A stretch of 64,000 nt of DNA. It comes from a candidate division WOR-3 bacterium. Its GTDB lineage: Bacteria > Hydrothermota > Tepidihabitantia > SM23-42 > JAOAFX01. Shown in pieces: positions 39,801-49,294 of the stretch. The stretch is from contig JBDRWD010000001.1 of NCBI GenBank assembly GCA_039802205.1, positions 13,658 to 77,657 on the forward strand. Reading direction: 5' to 3'. The translations under genes were made by a program, and so were the position numbers. Each line of letters begins with the position of its first letter. Within the stretch, counting starts at the first letter, position 1. The notes under the pieces are model-generated. The model worked only from the letters and a program-made list of their open reading frames with translations. It did no database searches and was not told where the DNA came from.

Positions 39801-40246
39801 GCTGGGGTTTTGGGGTAGCCCGAATACATTGAATCTACTTCAACAATAGTAGCATCACCAATTCGGGCATAGATGTAAACCTTCCTGGTGCCGGTACTTA
39901 CGATTCTTTCCCACACCTGGATAACCGGGCGGGTAGCGGCAAGAGGCGTTGCCAGTTGAATACTACCATTGTTCACCCCCCAAACATTATCAGTATCAAC
40001 TTCCACATTATAGCCACGTAAAGTTCCATTCCATAGCAACCGCTGACGATAAACGCTATTACGACCACTACCCCACCTCAAATCTTCCCAAGCAATATAC
40101 GCGGTGGTATCCCTGGCCGCGACCGATGGATATATCTCACGCCGGTATCCTTGATCATTATCCCAGACATAGATAGAATCGATTCCAAAGAGGGTTAAAG
40201 GCAAGAACATCAATAGCCAAACAAAATTTCTCATATTACCTCCCAA
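36839..40246 (-). CDS. very large (1135 aa) secreted protein with a T9SS C-terminal sorting domain; function unknown
   Basis: Signal peptide (MRNFVWLLMFLPLTLFG). C-terminal …VHPNPFTDKIEIFL…EIYDVSGRIV…QGIYFCKFTALEKSEVVKIIYLK. Confidence 0.65.
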   Translation of the reverse strand: MGGNMRNFVWLLMFLPLTLFGIDSIYVWDNDQGYRREIYPSVAARDTTAYIAWEDLRWGSGRNSVYRQRLLWNGTLRGYNVEVDTDNVWGVNNGSIQLATPLAATRPVIQVWERIVSTGTRKVYIYARIGDATIVEVDSMYSGYPKTPAMDCRDNGEFVVSFTYYYPPQNVYAIYHKRYNIGGNFIHGSYIEPNLRMRGRSVSRCAFCDSGYVVVYVDSATTGDSLRSIYLQYRGISSNIIDTKIKVSRPGTDGRNELAPDVAVNQNGFVVVTWTYEYSATDPDVYARTFQMRPGLDTLMPVSPSDFAIANSTAPEFGPKVTVFPNNDYMIVYTKETNYNKGVYAKVSISGTLKPECIINNDQKPQAWDQYAGDVACRWNDTCIVAWMNLPDTNISKSYLAREVFCRTYYRAPSSTYGILEKSSEVIDPTPRGPGWLWYYDDENYDDPLTVDWNEDPIDEEDSVYLPIDSAIVDQFDEFNQVRVKYHLTVRDTLPRSQKSGRGLSSYKQVIVNLGFRLNDTPAGVISTEDQYELINYINSGKPILLTGNDFGFMYNGTTLFEKFHANYVSDGQPFDIGNIDTLYGQPGTFAQNETLAYQYRKEADNYVDIISPRPEAKLILADWETEKEWLAGRCVGWGNYWKDLRDNGSTIYCSFSPNGIKDRHHPHTAQEFIRRCLGFLGMVCPPEPITAIYCSTNTATEGSVILRWRVVSDDSLKESAAGPYKLKFSRKKITSEVAFNDSCEEYYQKWNTKDSVVGSWYRVVLEGLPPMDTLIFALKVSDEDTLWGALGAEPRAIVSGDSVTPHYLKVGSTSNPYGYVKDFSVKYEFLDRRAKNDTGTDYDSLFVTWDYPMNPPWFYVGFARCNLYTEGDLFIYVDTKPGGADSTVPYNGTSGRSAFQPVPPDSFKPDYCLIVDNGSTVVYKKYVSTKDGRGSWIDTTFYGRVCEDSVINNYLYTELYIPYNNMGYTAGNPFKLVVLMTQENTNYIINAFPIFNPLGTYKTIGQYYSWGSDGLTSGKVPARKSTIGIGETTFNPKKQIKNLKLAVHPNPFTDKIEIFLPTMEIPGCQASLEIYDVSGRIVKTFNLKSCRASLPTSVSWDGTDDKGEIVSQGIYFCKFTALEKSEVVKIIYLK

Positions 40247-40457
40247 TCCATTCCAAAAACTTAAACTGAATAATAATACTTACTTTTAAGCAAAAGTCAA
40301 GGTCCGAAGGGGCTTTTCCCCAAGCACACTCAATATAACAAACATCCTAAAAATAACTTCCCTCCAAAGATATCTCTTTACAAGTGCAGGCAGAATCACC
40401 AGCCATCATTGAAAATTTTTGGAATTTAGATATAATGTACTAATCAAAAGGAGGTAT

Positions 40458-40646
40458 ATGCATACAGCCATTACCTTAAGGTCCGTGAATGAAATTTTTT
40501 ATGAAGAATTTCAGGTTGCGAAGGCATTGGGCGGTCTAGCGAAATATCCGATCGCGGGAAGACTCCTACAGGTAGCCCTGCTGAGTTTCGATGAAAATCG
40601 TCAAAAGAATAAAACGGTCCCAAGTCTTAGAAATAGTCCGATATAA
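40458..40646 (+). CDS. hypothetical small protein (62 aa) in a divergent intergenic region
   Basis: ATG preceded by AAAGGAGG at optimal spacing. The ORF tool's longer 40419 start lacks an RBS. No recognisable domain. Confidence 0.3.
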   Translation: MHTAITLRSVNEIFYEEFQVAKALGGLAKYPIAGRLLQVALLSFDENRQKNKTVPSLRNSPI

Positions 40647-40725
40647 AAATAAACCCTAATGGAAGTCACTACCGGGTTAAAATATCCTGAAGAGATTAAA
40701 AACTTGAACGCTTTAAATGTCTTGT

Positions 40726-40761
40726 CGATTGCGCCCTTCGGGGTGCGAAGTCTTACAATCG
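40726..40761. repeat. Short nested palindrome related to the cloverleaf family (possible degenerate copy C)
   Basis: Outer stem CGATTG…CAATCG enclosing GCGCCC-TTCG-GGGTGCG (UUCG tetraloop). The upstream TTAAAAAC motif resembles the central segment of copies A and B. Confidence 0.3.
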
Positions 40762-40873
40762 TTCATATTTAAATATGCCCATCTATCGATATGCTTAGAC
40801 GACTGGGCAGTTTTAATGCTCTAATCAAAAAATTAATAGTTATTAAAATATTGAGAGGAGAATCTTTTTAACC

Positions 40874-42856
40874 ATGCTCGTGGATGTAGCAATACCCAAT
40901 ACCAAGTTTGATTATTTCACTTACCAGACTGAATTGAATTTACATCCCGGAGATCTGGTTCTGGTTCCCCTGCGAAAAAAAGTCAAACACGGCATCATCA
41001 TCGCTACCAATGTAAAGCGAGACCTGCCACAGGTAAAAGAGGTCCAGAGACTTGTAGAGGCGAATTTTATTCCGCCAAGGTTATTGACACTTTATAAATG
41101 GATTGGAAATTATTACATCGCCTATTTAGGGGAGGTTCTCAAGCAGGCACTCCCTTCCAGGATTTTAAAAAAATTTGAGGATATCAAAAAAGAAGAAGCA
41201 GAACCCATTCAGGTTAAGGAGCCTACCCCAACCTATCAGCAGTATAATGCCATAAACCGGATACTTTATTCGGTAAAAAGGAACACCTTTAAGGTATATC
41301 TGCTCTTCGGGGTTACCGGCAGCGGCAAGACCGAAGTCTATTTGCGAGTCGTTGCCGAGGTTATAAAAAATGGCGGCCGGGCTTTAATCCTGGTTCCGGA
41401 GATCTCAATGACCCCTTTAATATCAAGGCGATTTATGGAACGCTTTGGGAATGAAGTCATTACCATCCATTCCCGGCTTACCGAAAAAGAACGTAGACAC
41501 GCCTGGTACAGTATAAAAAAGGGTCTTTATAAAGTCATCATCGGCCCCAGAAGCGCCGTGTTTCTACCCATCCCGGATTTAAGGATAATTATTGTTGATG
41601 AAGAACATGACCATTCTTATAAAGAACACCAGCAGGCTGTAAAGTATCATGCCCGGGATGTGGTGGTCATGCGGGGTAAGATTGAAAATATTGTGGTAGT
41701 ATTGGGCAGTGCCACTCCTCAGATTGAATCCTATCACAATGCGGGAATCGGTAAGTATGAGCTGTTAATTTTAAAAGAGCGAATTGATTCCCGCCCTCTG
41801 CCTAAGGTAGAAATAGTAGATTTGAAAAAAGAGCGAAAAAAATTCATCTCCCCAAAACTTGAGCGTGGGCTTGAAGAAGTTTTACAGCGCAACGAACAGG
41901 CGATTTTGTTTTTGAATCGTCGAGGCTTTGCTCCCAGTATGCTGTGTCCGAGCTGTGGTTATGTAATAAAATGCCCCTTTTGCCGATTGCCTCTGGTCTA
42001 CCACCGGACACTGGCTCCAGATAATTCTTCAAAACTCATCTGCCATACCTGTGATTACAAAACTGAATTTTTCAAAATCTGTCCGAATTGCGGTCAAACC
42101 ACTTTACTCTATCGCGGCGCCGGGACCCAGCGGATTGAGGAAATTATTAAAAAAATCTTGGCGACAAAAATTACATGTGCAGCAAATGATGTAGCCAATT
42201 ATGTTCTTAGACTTGACCGGGATGTGGCGAAAAAAAGAGGGGAAGCGGAAAAAATTTTGCAAAGTTTTGAAGCCGAGAAGGCAAAAATTTTGCTGGGGAC
42301 CCAGCTGGTTACCAAAGGTTTTGATTTTCCTAATGTGACATTTGTAGGGATTGTCAATGCTGATACCCTTTTAAATCTTCCGGATTTCCGGAGCAGTGAA
42401 AAAACCTTTCAAATCCTCACCCAGGTGGCGGGTCGGGCAGGCCGGGGTGAAAAACCCGGGACAGTCCTAATCCAGACCTATCATCCCGAACAATATTCAA
42501 TCCTCTTTAGCCAATTACAAAATTACCCCAAGTTTTATGCGGAAGAAATGAAGTTACGCCGTGAACTCAATTTTCCGCCTTTCTCACGCTTGATCCTACT
42601 CCGTCTTTCCGGAAAAAATGAGACCCTGGTCTGGGAAGATGCAAAAAAGATTTACGATCTGTTGAATAAGATAAAAGGTCCCAAGATTTTTGGACCCAAT
42701 CCTTCTTTTTATTATAAAATCCGGAATGATTACCGGGTTTATATCCTTATCAAAGCTCCCCTGAAATTTGACCACCGCCGACTTAGATTTTTAAAGCAGA
42801 TCAAACTAAACCGCACCAAGCTGGAAATCGATGTGGACCCCCTCGATGTTTTTTAA
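40874..42856 (+). CDS. priA: primosomal protein N' (replication restart helicase)
   Basis: N-terminal 3'-DNA-binding region. Helicase motifs (GVTGSGKTEVY, DEEHD). CxxC Zn-finger cluster (CPSCGYVIKCPFC…CHTCDY…CPNCG). C-terminal domain. Confidence 0.85.
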   Translation: MLVDVAIPNTKFDYFTYQTELNLHPGDLVLVPLRKKVKHGIIIATNVKRDLPQVKEVQRLVEANFIPPRLLTLYKWIGNYYIAYLGEVLKQALPSRILKKFEDIKKEEAEPIQVKEPTPTYQQYNAINRILYSVKRNTFKVYLLFGVTGSGKTEVYLRVVAEVIKNGGRALILVPEISMTPLISRRFMERFGNEVITIHSRLTEKERRHAWYSIKKGLYKVIIGPRSAVFLPIPDLRIIIVDEEHDHSYKEHQQAVKYHARDVVVMRGKIENIVVVLGSATPQIESYHNAGIGKYELLILKERIDSRPLPKVEIVDLKKERKKFISPKLERGLEEVLQRNEQAILFLNRRGFAPSMLCPSCGYVIKCPFCRLPLVYHRTLAPDNSSKLICHTCDYKTEFFKICPNCGQTTLLYRGAGTQRIEEIIKKILATKITCAANDVANYVLRLDRDVAKKRGEAEKILQSFEAEKAKILLGTQLVTKGFDFPNVTFVGIVNADTLLNLPDFRSSEKTFQILTQVAGRAGRGEKPGTVLIQTYHPEQYSILFSQLQNYPKFYAEEMKLRRELNFPPFSRLILLRLSGKNETLVWEDAKKIYDLLNKIKGPKIFGPNPSFYYKIRNDYRVYILIKAPLKFDHRRLRFLKQIKLNRTKLEIDVDPLDVF

Positions 42857-42863
42857 ATGTAGA

Positions 42864-42953
42864 CGGAGAGAGAGGGATTCGAACCCCCGATCCTGATTTT
42901 GTCAGGATACCCCGTTTCGAGCGGGGCGCCTTAGTCCACTCGGCCATCTCTCC
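42864..42953 (-). tRNA. tRNA-Ser (anticodon CGA)
   Basis: Reverse complement GGAGAGATGGCCGAGTGG… with anticodon stem CCCCG/CGGGG and loop CTCGAAA. It has a long variable arm, a GGTTCGAATCC T-loop, acceptor GGAGAGA/TCTCTCC and discriminator G. Confidence 0.8.
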
Positions 42954-42977
42954 AAGCCATTGTCAAATCATCACCGC

Positions 42978-43445
42978 CTATCCTTTCTTATCCCTCCGTT
43001 TCATCTCAAAAAATCTTTGCATCAAACTTATCGCTTCTTCTTTTAAAACTCCTTCTACAACCTCAATCTGGTGATTCAACTTCTTTTCATTGACAACATT
43101 AAAAACCGAACCACAGCCTCCAAATTTCTCATCCCGGGCACCAAAAACAATCTTTTTGACCCGTGCCAGCACCAGGGCACCGGCACACATGATACAAGGT
43201 TCAATTGTAGAGTAAATGATCACATCCTTAAGCCGCCAGGAATGTAAAGCATTAGCAGCGGCAGTGAGCGCAAGTATCTCGGCATGAGCGGTCGGATCCT
43301 GAAGTGCTTCGGTCCGATTATGACCCCTCCCGATTATTTGATTTTTATAGACGGCAACTGCTCCAACCGGTACTTCATCCAGGGCAAATGCCTTCGCTGC
43401 CTCTTTTAATGCCTCGGTCATGAAGTATGAATCACTATCCTGCAT
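42978..43445 (-). CDS. tadA: tRNA-specific adenosine(34) deaminase
   Basis: CDA-fold Zn motifs HAEILAL and PCIMCAGA. About 155 aa. TadA-type N-terminus (MTEALKEAAKA…VPVGAV). Confidence 0.8.
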   Translation of the reverse strand: MQDSDSYFMTEALKEAAKAFALDEVPVGAVAVYKNQIIGRGHNRTEALQDPTAHAEILALTAAANALHSWRLKDVIIYSTIEPCIMCAGALVLARVKKIVFGARDEKFGGCGSVFNVVNEKKLNHQIEVVEGVLKEEAISLMQRFFEMKRRDKKG

Positions 43446-43459
43446 CTTACTTAAATAAA

Positions 43460-43533
43460 CGCGCCCGACGTGACTTGAACACGTAGCCTGCGGATTCGTA
43501 GTCCGCCGCTCTATCCAGTTGAGCTACGGGCGC
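43460..43533 (-). tRNA. tRNA-Arg (anticodon ACG)
   Basis: Reverse complement GCGCCCGTAGCTCAACTGGATAGAGCGGCGGACTACGAATCCGCAGGCTACGTGTTCAAGTCACGTCGGGCGCG. Anticodon stem GCGGA/TCCGC with loop CTACGAA. T-stem ACGTG/CACGT. Confidence 0.85.
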
Positions 43534-43637
43534 AAACTTAATTAAAGATTATATTCAACTTTCCTGCTTCGTCAATGCTGAATTTTGCTGGATAAAAAAG
43601 CGGTAATCGGATTGGTTGAATTGACAAAACGAAAAGA

Positions 43638-44591
43638 TTATTCTTTCTTTTTTAAAGTCTCAATCAAACCAATTAAATCATTTCTCAGTGATTCGGAAAA
43701 TTTTACATCATCATTTACACTGTTGGAACGTGTCGCAATCTCTTCTTTGGTTTTGACATCCCTTAGGCTGATCGTATAATCAATCTTCGTCCCACTTTTA
43801 CTCACCCTGCCCATGACGATATAATTACACATCGTGTAACTAGCCACTTGAAATGCCTGATTTTCATCAATGAGTTTATAATCCCATTTTCGTTTTGTCA
43901 TCTCGGTCATTATCAATGCCTTACTCACAATATTATATGATTGCTCATAACTTTTCAAAGCATTATACAGCTCATTTTGGCATTTCATCCCAAGGTTTTC
44001 AGCCATGGCTTCACTATTTTCTTCTTTCAAAGGCAGAATGCCGATATATTTCTTTGCCCCGGGTGCTGTCGCGGCGATGCCATATTCCCGGTTTAATTCA
44101 TTGATCACCAGCTCGGTGATGTTCAACTCTGGAGAGGCATAAAAGATGTCTTCCGAAAGGTCTAACACCATTGAGAAGCCTTCCTGCTGTGCAATCTTGG
44201 CAATCGCATCATTGATTTTCTTCAACAGGGGCGCCATCAATTCATCGTTCTTCTGCTCAATTTTCCCACCAGGACCGAATACCTCCTGGAGGTACTGATT
44301 GTAAAGCTGGGTATATCTTTCAATCTCATCCAGTTTTTTTAAACGTGCTTCCTCGCTCAACATCAATTTCTGGGCTTCAAATTCATTTTTTAGGTTTTGG
44401 ATATTGAGCTGTAACTTGGCAGCCGAGTCCCGACAGGCATTCACAAATTCATTAAACTGTTCATTGGCGCTCGCGGTCGCCTGATACTGGGCGAGGATTT
44501 TTGATGATTCCACAAAGCCAACCTTTTGCTCCTTGGCAAAGATAACTAAAGGTACCATTATCATGATGAAAATCAAGCGGTATTTTATCAT
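43638..44591 (-). CDS. Skp/OmpH-family periplasmic chaperone with a C-terminal extension of about 150 aa
   Basis: Signal peptide. OmpH-like coiled-coil region (…LNIQNLKNEFEAQKLMLSEEARLKKLDEIERYTQ…). Sits immediately downstream of bamA, as in the canonical bamA-skp arrangement. Confidence 0.6.
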   Translation of the reverse strand: MIKYRLIFIMIMVPLVIFAKEQKVGFVESSKILAQYQATASANEQFNEFVNACRDSAAKLQLNIQNLKNEFEAQKLMLSEEARLKKLDEIERYTQLYNQYLQEVFGPGGKIEQKNDELMAPLLKKINDAIAKIAQQEGFSMVLDLSEDIFYASPELNITELVINELNREYGIAATAPGAKKYIGILPLKEENSEAMAENLGMKCQNELYNALKSYEQSYNIVSKALIMTEMTKRKWDYKLIDENQAFQVASYTMCNYIVMGRVSKSGTKIDYTISLRDVKTKEEIATRSNSVNDDVKFSESLRNDLIGLIETLKKKE

Positions 44592-44605
44592 AATAACCTC
44601 CGTTC

Positions 44606-46798
44606 TCAGAACATACCAAAGGGGTTGATCTGGAAATGCGGCTCAAAGCCGGGCTGGGCGCGGTCAAAACCGTAACCCAGGTCAAAACCCAAAACCCCCA
44701 TCATTGGAATTTCCACCCGAATTCCCACGCCGGCACCTCTTTTTAAATCGTAAAGATTGAAATCCCGATGCGAGGCAAAGGCATTTCCCATATCGTAAAA
44801 AGCCAGAAGGGCAAAATTCTGTGAGAACTTCAGTTTCAATTCAATGTTGTTTATGAAAAGTGCATTGCCGCCGATCCTCTTGCCATCCTGGATTGGTGAA
44901 AGCGAACGATCTGAGTATCCTCGAACGCCGTCTTCACCAGTTCCCCCGGCGTAAAATCTTTTGTAGTAAGGAACCTCATCACGACTCGTCACAATTCCTA
45001 TGCGGATACGCGTCATAAAAACGAACTTCCAGAAGAGGGGGAAATAGGTCCGCGTTTCAAAGGTGAACCGATTATAGTCAATATTGGCAAATAACCAGGG
45101 TTTGGCGATTTCGCTCTGGATTGATATATAAGATCCGCTTGAGGGATTAAAGATAAAATCCCGGGTGTCCCGGGTTATTCCGTAGTTGTTGGCAAGCGTC
45201 CATTTAGGAATGGTATCTTTTCTTAAATCATAGCCGGTAGTAGGTTGATATTCTTTGGCAATATCCAGAATCTGCGTCCGTTCAACACGAAATGTATAAT
45301 TGAATCGGGTATAATCAAGATAGAAAGGAAAAGAAAAATTCGTCGCTCCTCCCACATCCCTTTTGGTGTAAAAATCCCACAAACGATTGGTATAATAAAT
45401 GTCAAAGCCTGCGGTCGTGCGGGTATCAAAAAGCCAGGGTTCGGTAAACCCGAACTGGATATTAGTAAGCCTCCCCCCGATTTCAAATTTGGTATAGATA
45501 CGCTGTCCCCGGCCGAAAACATTGGGATGGCTCAGTTCGATATACCCGGTAAGTTTGTCCTGAGCTGAATAAGCCATACCCGCACCAATAGAACCCACCC
45601 CTTCTTTTTCTTTCACCCGATAAATCAAGTCAATATTACCACTGTCATCCGGTGTACCTGTTTCCGGAGTAATATCTTCAAAAAAACCAAGATTGAAAAT
45701 CTCGCGCATACTCCTTATCACCTGGGAACGTCGGAAACGGGTGCTGGGAAAGGTAACGATCTCCCGGCGAATCACCTTTTCCCGGGTCCGGTGGTTACCC
45801 GTGATGATCACCCGATTAATATTCGCCGGTTTTGACTCATTAATTTGATATTCAATGTCCAGAAAACTATCCCGGATGGTCTCCACCGGAATAATTGAAC
45901 AATAAATATACCCTTCATCCGCATAGGCCTCATAGAATTTCTGTAAACTGTTCTGGGCTTTGGTAAGATTGAATATCTCGTTGGGTTTTATCTTCAGCAT
46001 CTTTTCCAACTGCAAATCCGAAAAGAGGGTATTGCCCTTAAATTTGATGTTTCCCACATAATACCGTTGATTCTCCTGAATTTTAATTGTAACTACAAGT
46101 TGATTATTGACTACTTCAATCTTCGGTTCCTCAACGGTCACATCTAAAAATCCATTATCTTTGTATAATGTTTTAATCCGCTCGATATCCTCCTTCAGTT
46201 TGGCATGGTCAAGTTTTCCACTCCTTAAAAAACCCTTTTCTTTATTCTGCATCTTTCTCTTTATTGCCCCTTCAGGCAGAATTTTATTACCTTCAATCTT
46301 GATCTTTCCAATTTTCAAAACCTGGCCCTCGTTGATTAGAAAATAAAGTTTTACCCGATTCAAAGTATCAGGCACGAGGCTATCCCGTATTGTAGTATGG
46401 TAAAAATTTTTTTCTTGATAGAGTTCCCTGAGTTTAACCCGGGCATCAAAGACTGCTTTTTGGGTTAAAACCTGTCCCGCTTTTAAATCCACCCTTTTTT
46501 TAAGTTCGGTTTTTTTTATCTTCTTATTGCCGATGAATTCCACCTCGCCGCTAAGAAAGGGTGCTTCTTTTAAAAGGATTTTTATAAATATCCCATCTGC
46601 AACTATCGTGGTATCGATAGCGATGTGGTCAAATAACTTCAGGCGATAAAGATTGTTTATCGCCTGTGGAATCATTGATTCCTTGAACTGTTCACCAATT
46701 CTGAAGCCGCTGGTTTGAATTATGAGGTCTTTATTGGTATAGTGGGCATCAACACTGATGCCCGCAATCGTATACGCCAGAAGGATGAGAAAGATCAT
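44606..46798 (-). CDS. bamA: outer membrane protein assembly factor BamA
   Basis: N-terminal POTRA repeats. C-terminal Omp85 beta-barrel with a terminal aromatic residue (…QINPFGMF). 730 aa. Confidence 0.85.
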   Translation of the reverse strand: MIFLILLAYTIAGISVDAHYTNKDLIIQTSGFRIGEQFKESMIPQAINNLYRLKLFDHIAIDTTIVADGIFIKILLKEAPFLSGEVEFIGNKKIKKTELKKRVDLKAGQVLTQKAVFDARVKLRELYQEKNFYHTTIRDSLVPDTLNRVKLYFLINEGQVLKIGKIKIEGNKILPEGAIKRKMQNKEKGFLRSGKLDHAKLKEDIERIKTLYKDNGFLDVTVEEPKIEVVNNQLVVTIKIQENQRYYVGNIKFKGNTLFSDLQLEKMLKIKPNEIFNLTKAQNSLQKFYEAYADEGYIYCSIIPVETIRDSFLDIEYQINESKPANINRVIITGNHRTREKVIRREIVTFPSTRFRRSQVIRSMREIFNLGFFEDITPETGTPDDSGNIDLIYRVKEKEGVGSIGAGMAYSAQDKLTGYIELSHPNVFGRGQRIYTKFEIGGRLTNIQFGFTEPWLFDTRTTAGFDIYYTNRLWDFYTKRDVGGATNFSFPFYLDYTRFNYTFRVERTQILDIAKEYQPTTGYDLRKDTIPKWTLANNYGITRDTRDFIFNPSSGSYISIQSEIAKPWLFANIDYNRFTFETRTYFPLFWKFVFMTRIRIGIVTSRDEVPYYKRFYAGGTGEDGVRGYSDRSLSPIQDGKRIGGNALFINNIELKLKFSQNFALLAFYDMGNAFASHRDFNLYDLKRGAGVGIRVEIPMMGVLGFDLGYGFDRAQPGFEPHFQINPFGMF

Positions 46799-49197
46799 TT
46801 AACCTTGAATTCCAGTTTATCACCGGCGCGAACCAGTTTTATGTGTTTACCTTCTTTGATATTCCCCTTTAATATCTCCTCTGCCAAGGGGTCTTCAATC
46901 AATCTCCTTATCGTCCTTCTTATCGGCCGGGCTCCATACTGTGGATCAAAGCCTTCCTCTACCAACAATTCTTTGCCCGACTCATCAATTTCCAATACCA
47001 TCTTTTTATCATCCAGCCGCTCTTCTAATTCCGCAATAAGAATATCCACTATCTTCATCATATCCTCTTTGGTCAATTGCCGGAATACCACAATTTCATC
47101 TACACGATTCAAAAACTCCGGATTGAACAATTTCTTCACTTCCTCAAGCAACCGCTCTTTCATCTTCTCGTAAGAGACATTGGGGTCTACCTTCGCAAAG
47201 CCTAAACCATCACTCCTTCTGATCTCTGCGGTCCCAATATTGGAAGTCATGATAATCACGGTGTTCTTAAAATCAACCTTTCGACCAAAAGAGTCGGTAA
47301 GCTGACCATCTTCCAAGATCTGGAGCAAAATATTGAAAACATCAGGATGGGCTTTTTCAATCTCGTCAAAGAGCACTACAGAATAAGGTTTGCGCCGCAC
47401 CTTTTCGGTCAACTGCCCACCTTCTTCATAGCCAACATATCCCGGCGGTGCACCGATTAATCGTGAAACGTTAAATTTTTCCATATATTCGGACATATCC
47501 AGTGTGATGAGGGCATTGATATCATTGAACAAAAATTCTGCAAGCCTGCGGGCCAGTTCTGTCTTGCCGACACCGGTGGGTCCTAAAAAGATAAACGACC
47601 CAATAGGACGTCTGGGGTCTTTCACACCCGCACGACTCCGCCGAATTGCCCGACAGATCACCTTTATTGCCTCATCCTGCCCCACAATCTTTTTCTTCAA
47701 CTCCTCTTCCATTCTCAACAACCGCTTGGATTCCTTTTCCTCAATCCTCGAAACCGGAATCCCGGTCCAACGGGAGACAACAAAGGCAATATCCTCTTCG
47801 CCAACCACCGGCCGGGTGCTTTCCCCCAGCGTCTCTTTTCTTTTTCTTATCTGTTCCTGGATTTTTAACTCCTCTTTATGCAACTCCGCTGCTTCCTCAT
47901 ATCTCTGCTCCGCCACCATCCTATCCTTGGTTCTCTTTATCTCCTGGAGTTTGTTTTCCAGTTCTACTATTTTCTGGTCCTTGGTTACCTTAGATAGTTT
48001 CACTTTGGCTCCGGCTTCATCTATCACATCAATCGCTTTATCTGGGAGAAAACGGTCGGTTATATAGCGGTCCGAAAGATAAGCAGCTGCCTCCAGTGCC
48101 TCATCAGAGTATATTACTCCATGGTGTTTCTCATAGTTCTCCTTTAATCCCTTCAATATCCCAATCGTCTCCTGGACCGTAGGCGGATTGACAATGATGG
48201 GTTGGAACCTTCGCTCCAATGCTCCATTCCTTTCAATATAACGGCGATAATCTTCCAGGGTGGTCGCACCGATACACTGGATTTCACCTCGGGCGAGTGC
48301 CGGTTTCAACATATTAGAGGCATCAATCGCTCCTTCCGCCGCACCAGCACCAACAATGGTATGCAATTCATCAATAAAGAGGATGACATCTTTGCTATTG
48401 GTCACCTCATTGATCACGGCTTTAAGTCTTTCTTCAAATTGACCACGATATTTGGTTCCGGCCACGATGGAAGCCATATCCAGCGCCAGGACGCGTTTTT
48501 GTTTAAGGGAATCCGGAACCCTACCGGCTACGATATCCTGAGCAAGGCCTTCCACTATTGCGGTCTTACCCACACCGGCTTCACCGATGAGTACCGGGTT
48601 ATTCTTTTTGCGCCGGGAAAGAATCTGAATTACGCGTTCAATCTCTTTTTCCCGGCCAATTATCGGATCCAATTTCCCTTCGCGGGCAAGCTGCGTCAAA
48701 TCTCGGGAAAAGAGATCAAGTGCCGAACCTCTTTGTTTACCCTTGGGCTTTCCCGCGGCAACACCTTCGGGTTTCAGCAATTGAATGATCTCATTCTTGG
48801 CGATTTCATAATCAATACCCATGGAAGCCAGTATCTGCGAACCTAGACTATCTTCGGTCCTTATTATTCCTAACAATAAATGCTCAGTCCCGACATAGGT
48901 GTGTCCGAGGTTCTTGGCTTCCTCCATCGCATAGTTGAGACAGCGCTTTGCACTATCACTTAGTTGGACATCAATCTTCCCTCCTGGGCCAAAACTCATT
49001 GAATTCTCAATCGCCTTGATCAACTCATTCAATTCCACACCGAGATTTATCAAGACCATTGCCCCGACACCTTCGCCTTCCTTAATGAGTGCCAAAAGCA
49101 AATGCTCGGTGCCAATAAAATTATGACGAAAACGCAATGCCTCTTCCCGGGCATAATGTAAAATTCTTCTTACCCTTTCGGTGAATCGTTCATGCAA
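46795..49197 (-). CDS. clpC: ATP-dependent Clp protease ATP-binding subunit, ClpC type
   Basis: Two Clp_N repeats ([29 protein letters not shown]). AAA-1 ([15 protein letters not shown]). A UVR-like linker. AAA-2 ([15 protein letters not shown]). A ClpP-binding-loop region. Confidence 0.85.
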   Translation of the reverse strand: MHERFTERVRRILHYAREEALRFRHNFIGTEHLLLALIKEGEGVGAMVLINLGVELNELIKAIENSMSFGPGGKIDVQLSDSAKRCLNYAMEEAKNLGHTYVGTEHLLLGIIRTEDSLGSQILASMGIDYEIAKNEIIQLLKPEGVAAGKPKGKQRGSALDLFSRDLTQLAREGKLDPIIGREKEIERVIQILSRRKKNNPVLIGEAGVGKTAIVEGLAQDIVAGRVPDSLKQKRVLALDMASIVAGTKYRGQFEERLKAVINEVTNSKDVILFIDELHTIVGAGAAEGAIDASNMLKPALARGEIQCIGATTLEDYRRYIERNGALERRFQPIIVNPPTVQETIGILKGLKENYEKHHGVIYSDEALEAAAYLSDRYITDRFLPDKAIDVIDEAGAKVKLSKVTKDQKIVELENKLQEIKRTKDRMVAEQRYEEAAELHKEELKIQEQIRKRKETLGESTRPVVGEEDIAFVVSRWTGIPVSRIEEKESKRLLRMEEELKKKIVGQDEAIKVICRAIRRSRAGVKDPRRPIGSFIFLGPTGVGKTELARRLAEFLFNDINALITLDMSEYMEKFNVSRLIGAPPGYVGYEEGGQLTEKVRRKPYSVVLFDEIEKAHPDVFNILLQILEDGQLTDSFGRKVDFKNTVIIMTSNIGTAEIRRSDGLGFAKVDPNVSYEKMKERLLEEVKKLFNPEFLNRVDEIVVFRQLTKEDMMKIVDILIAELEERLDDKKMVLEIDESGKELLVEEGFDPQYGARPIRRTIRRLIEDPLAEEILKGNIKEGKHIKLVRAGDKLEFKVK

Positions 49198-49294
49198 AGC
49201 AAACCTCCTTAAATTCTAATTATAATTCTATATAAAATCGCCCTTCTGTCAAGAATTAGACAAGCCATGAGTACAAAAGTTTATGCCGGACGAA

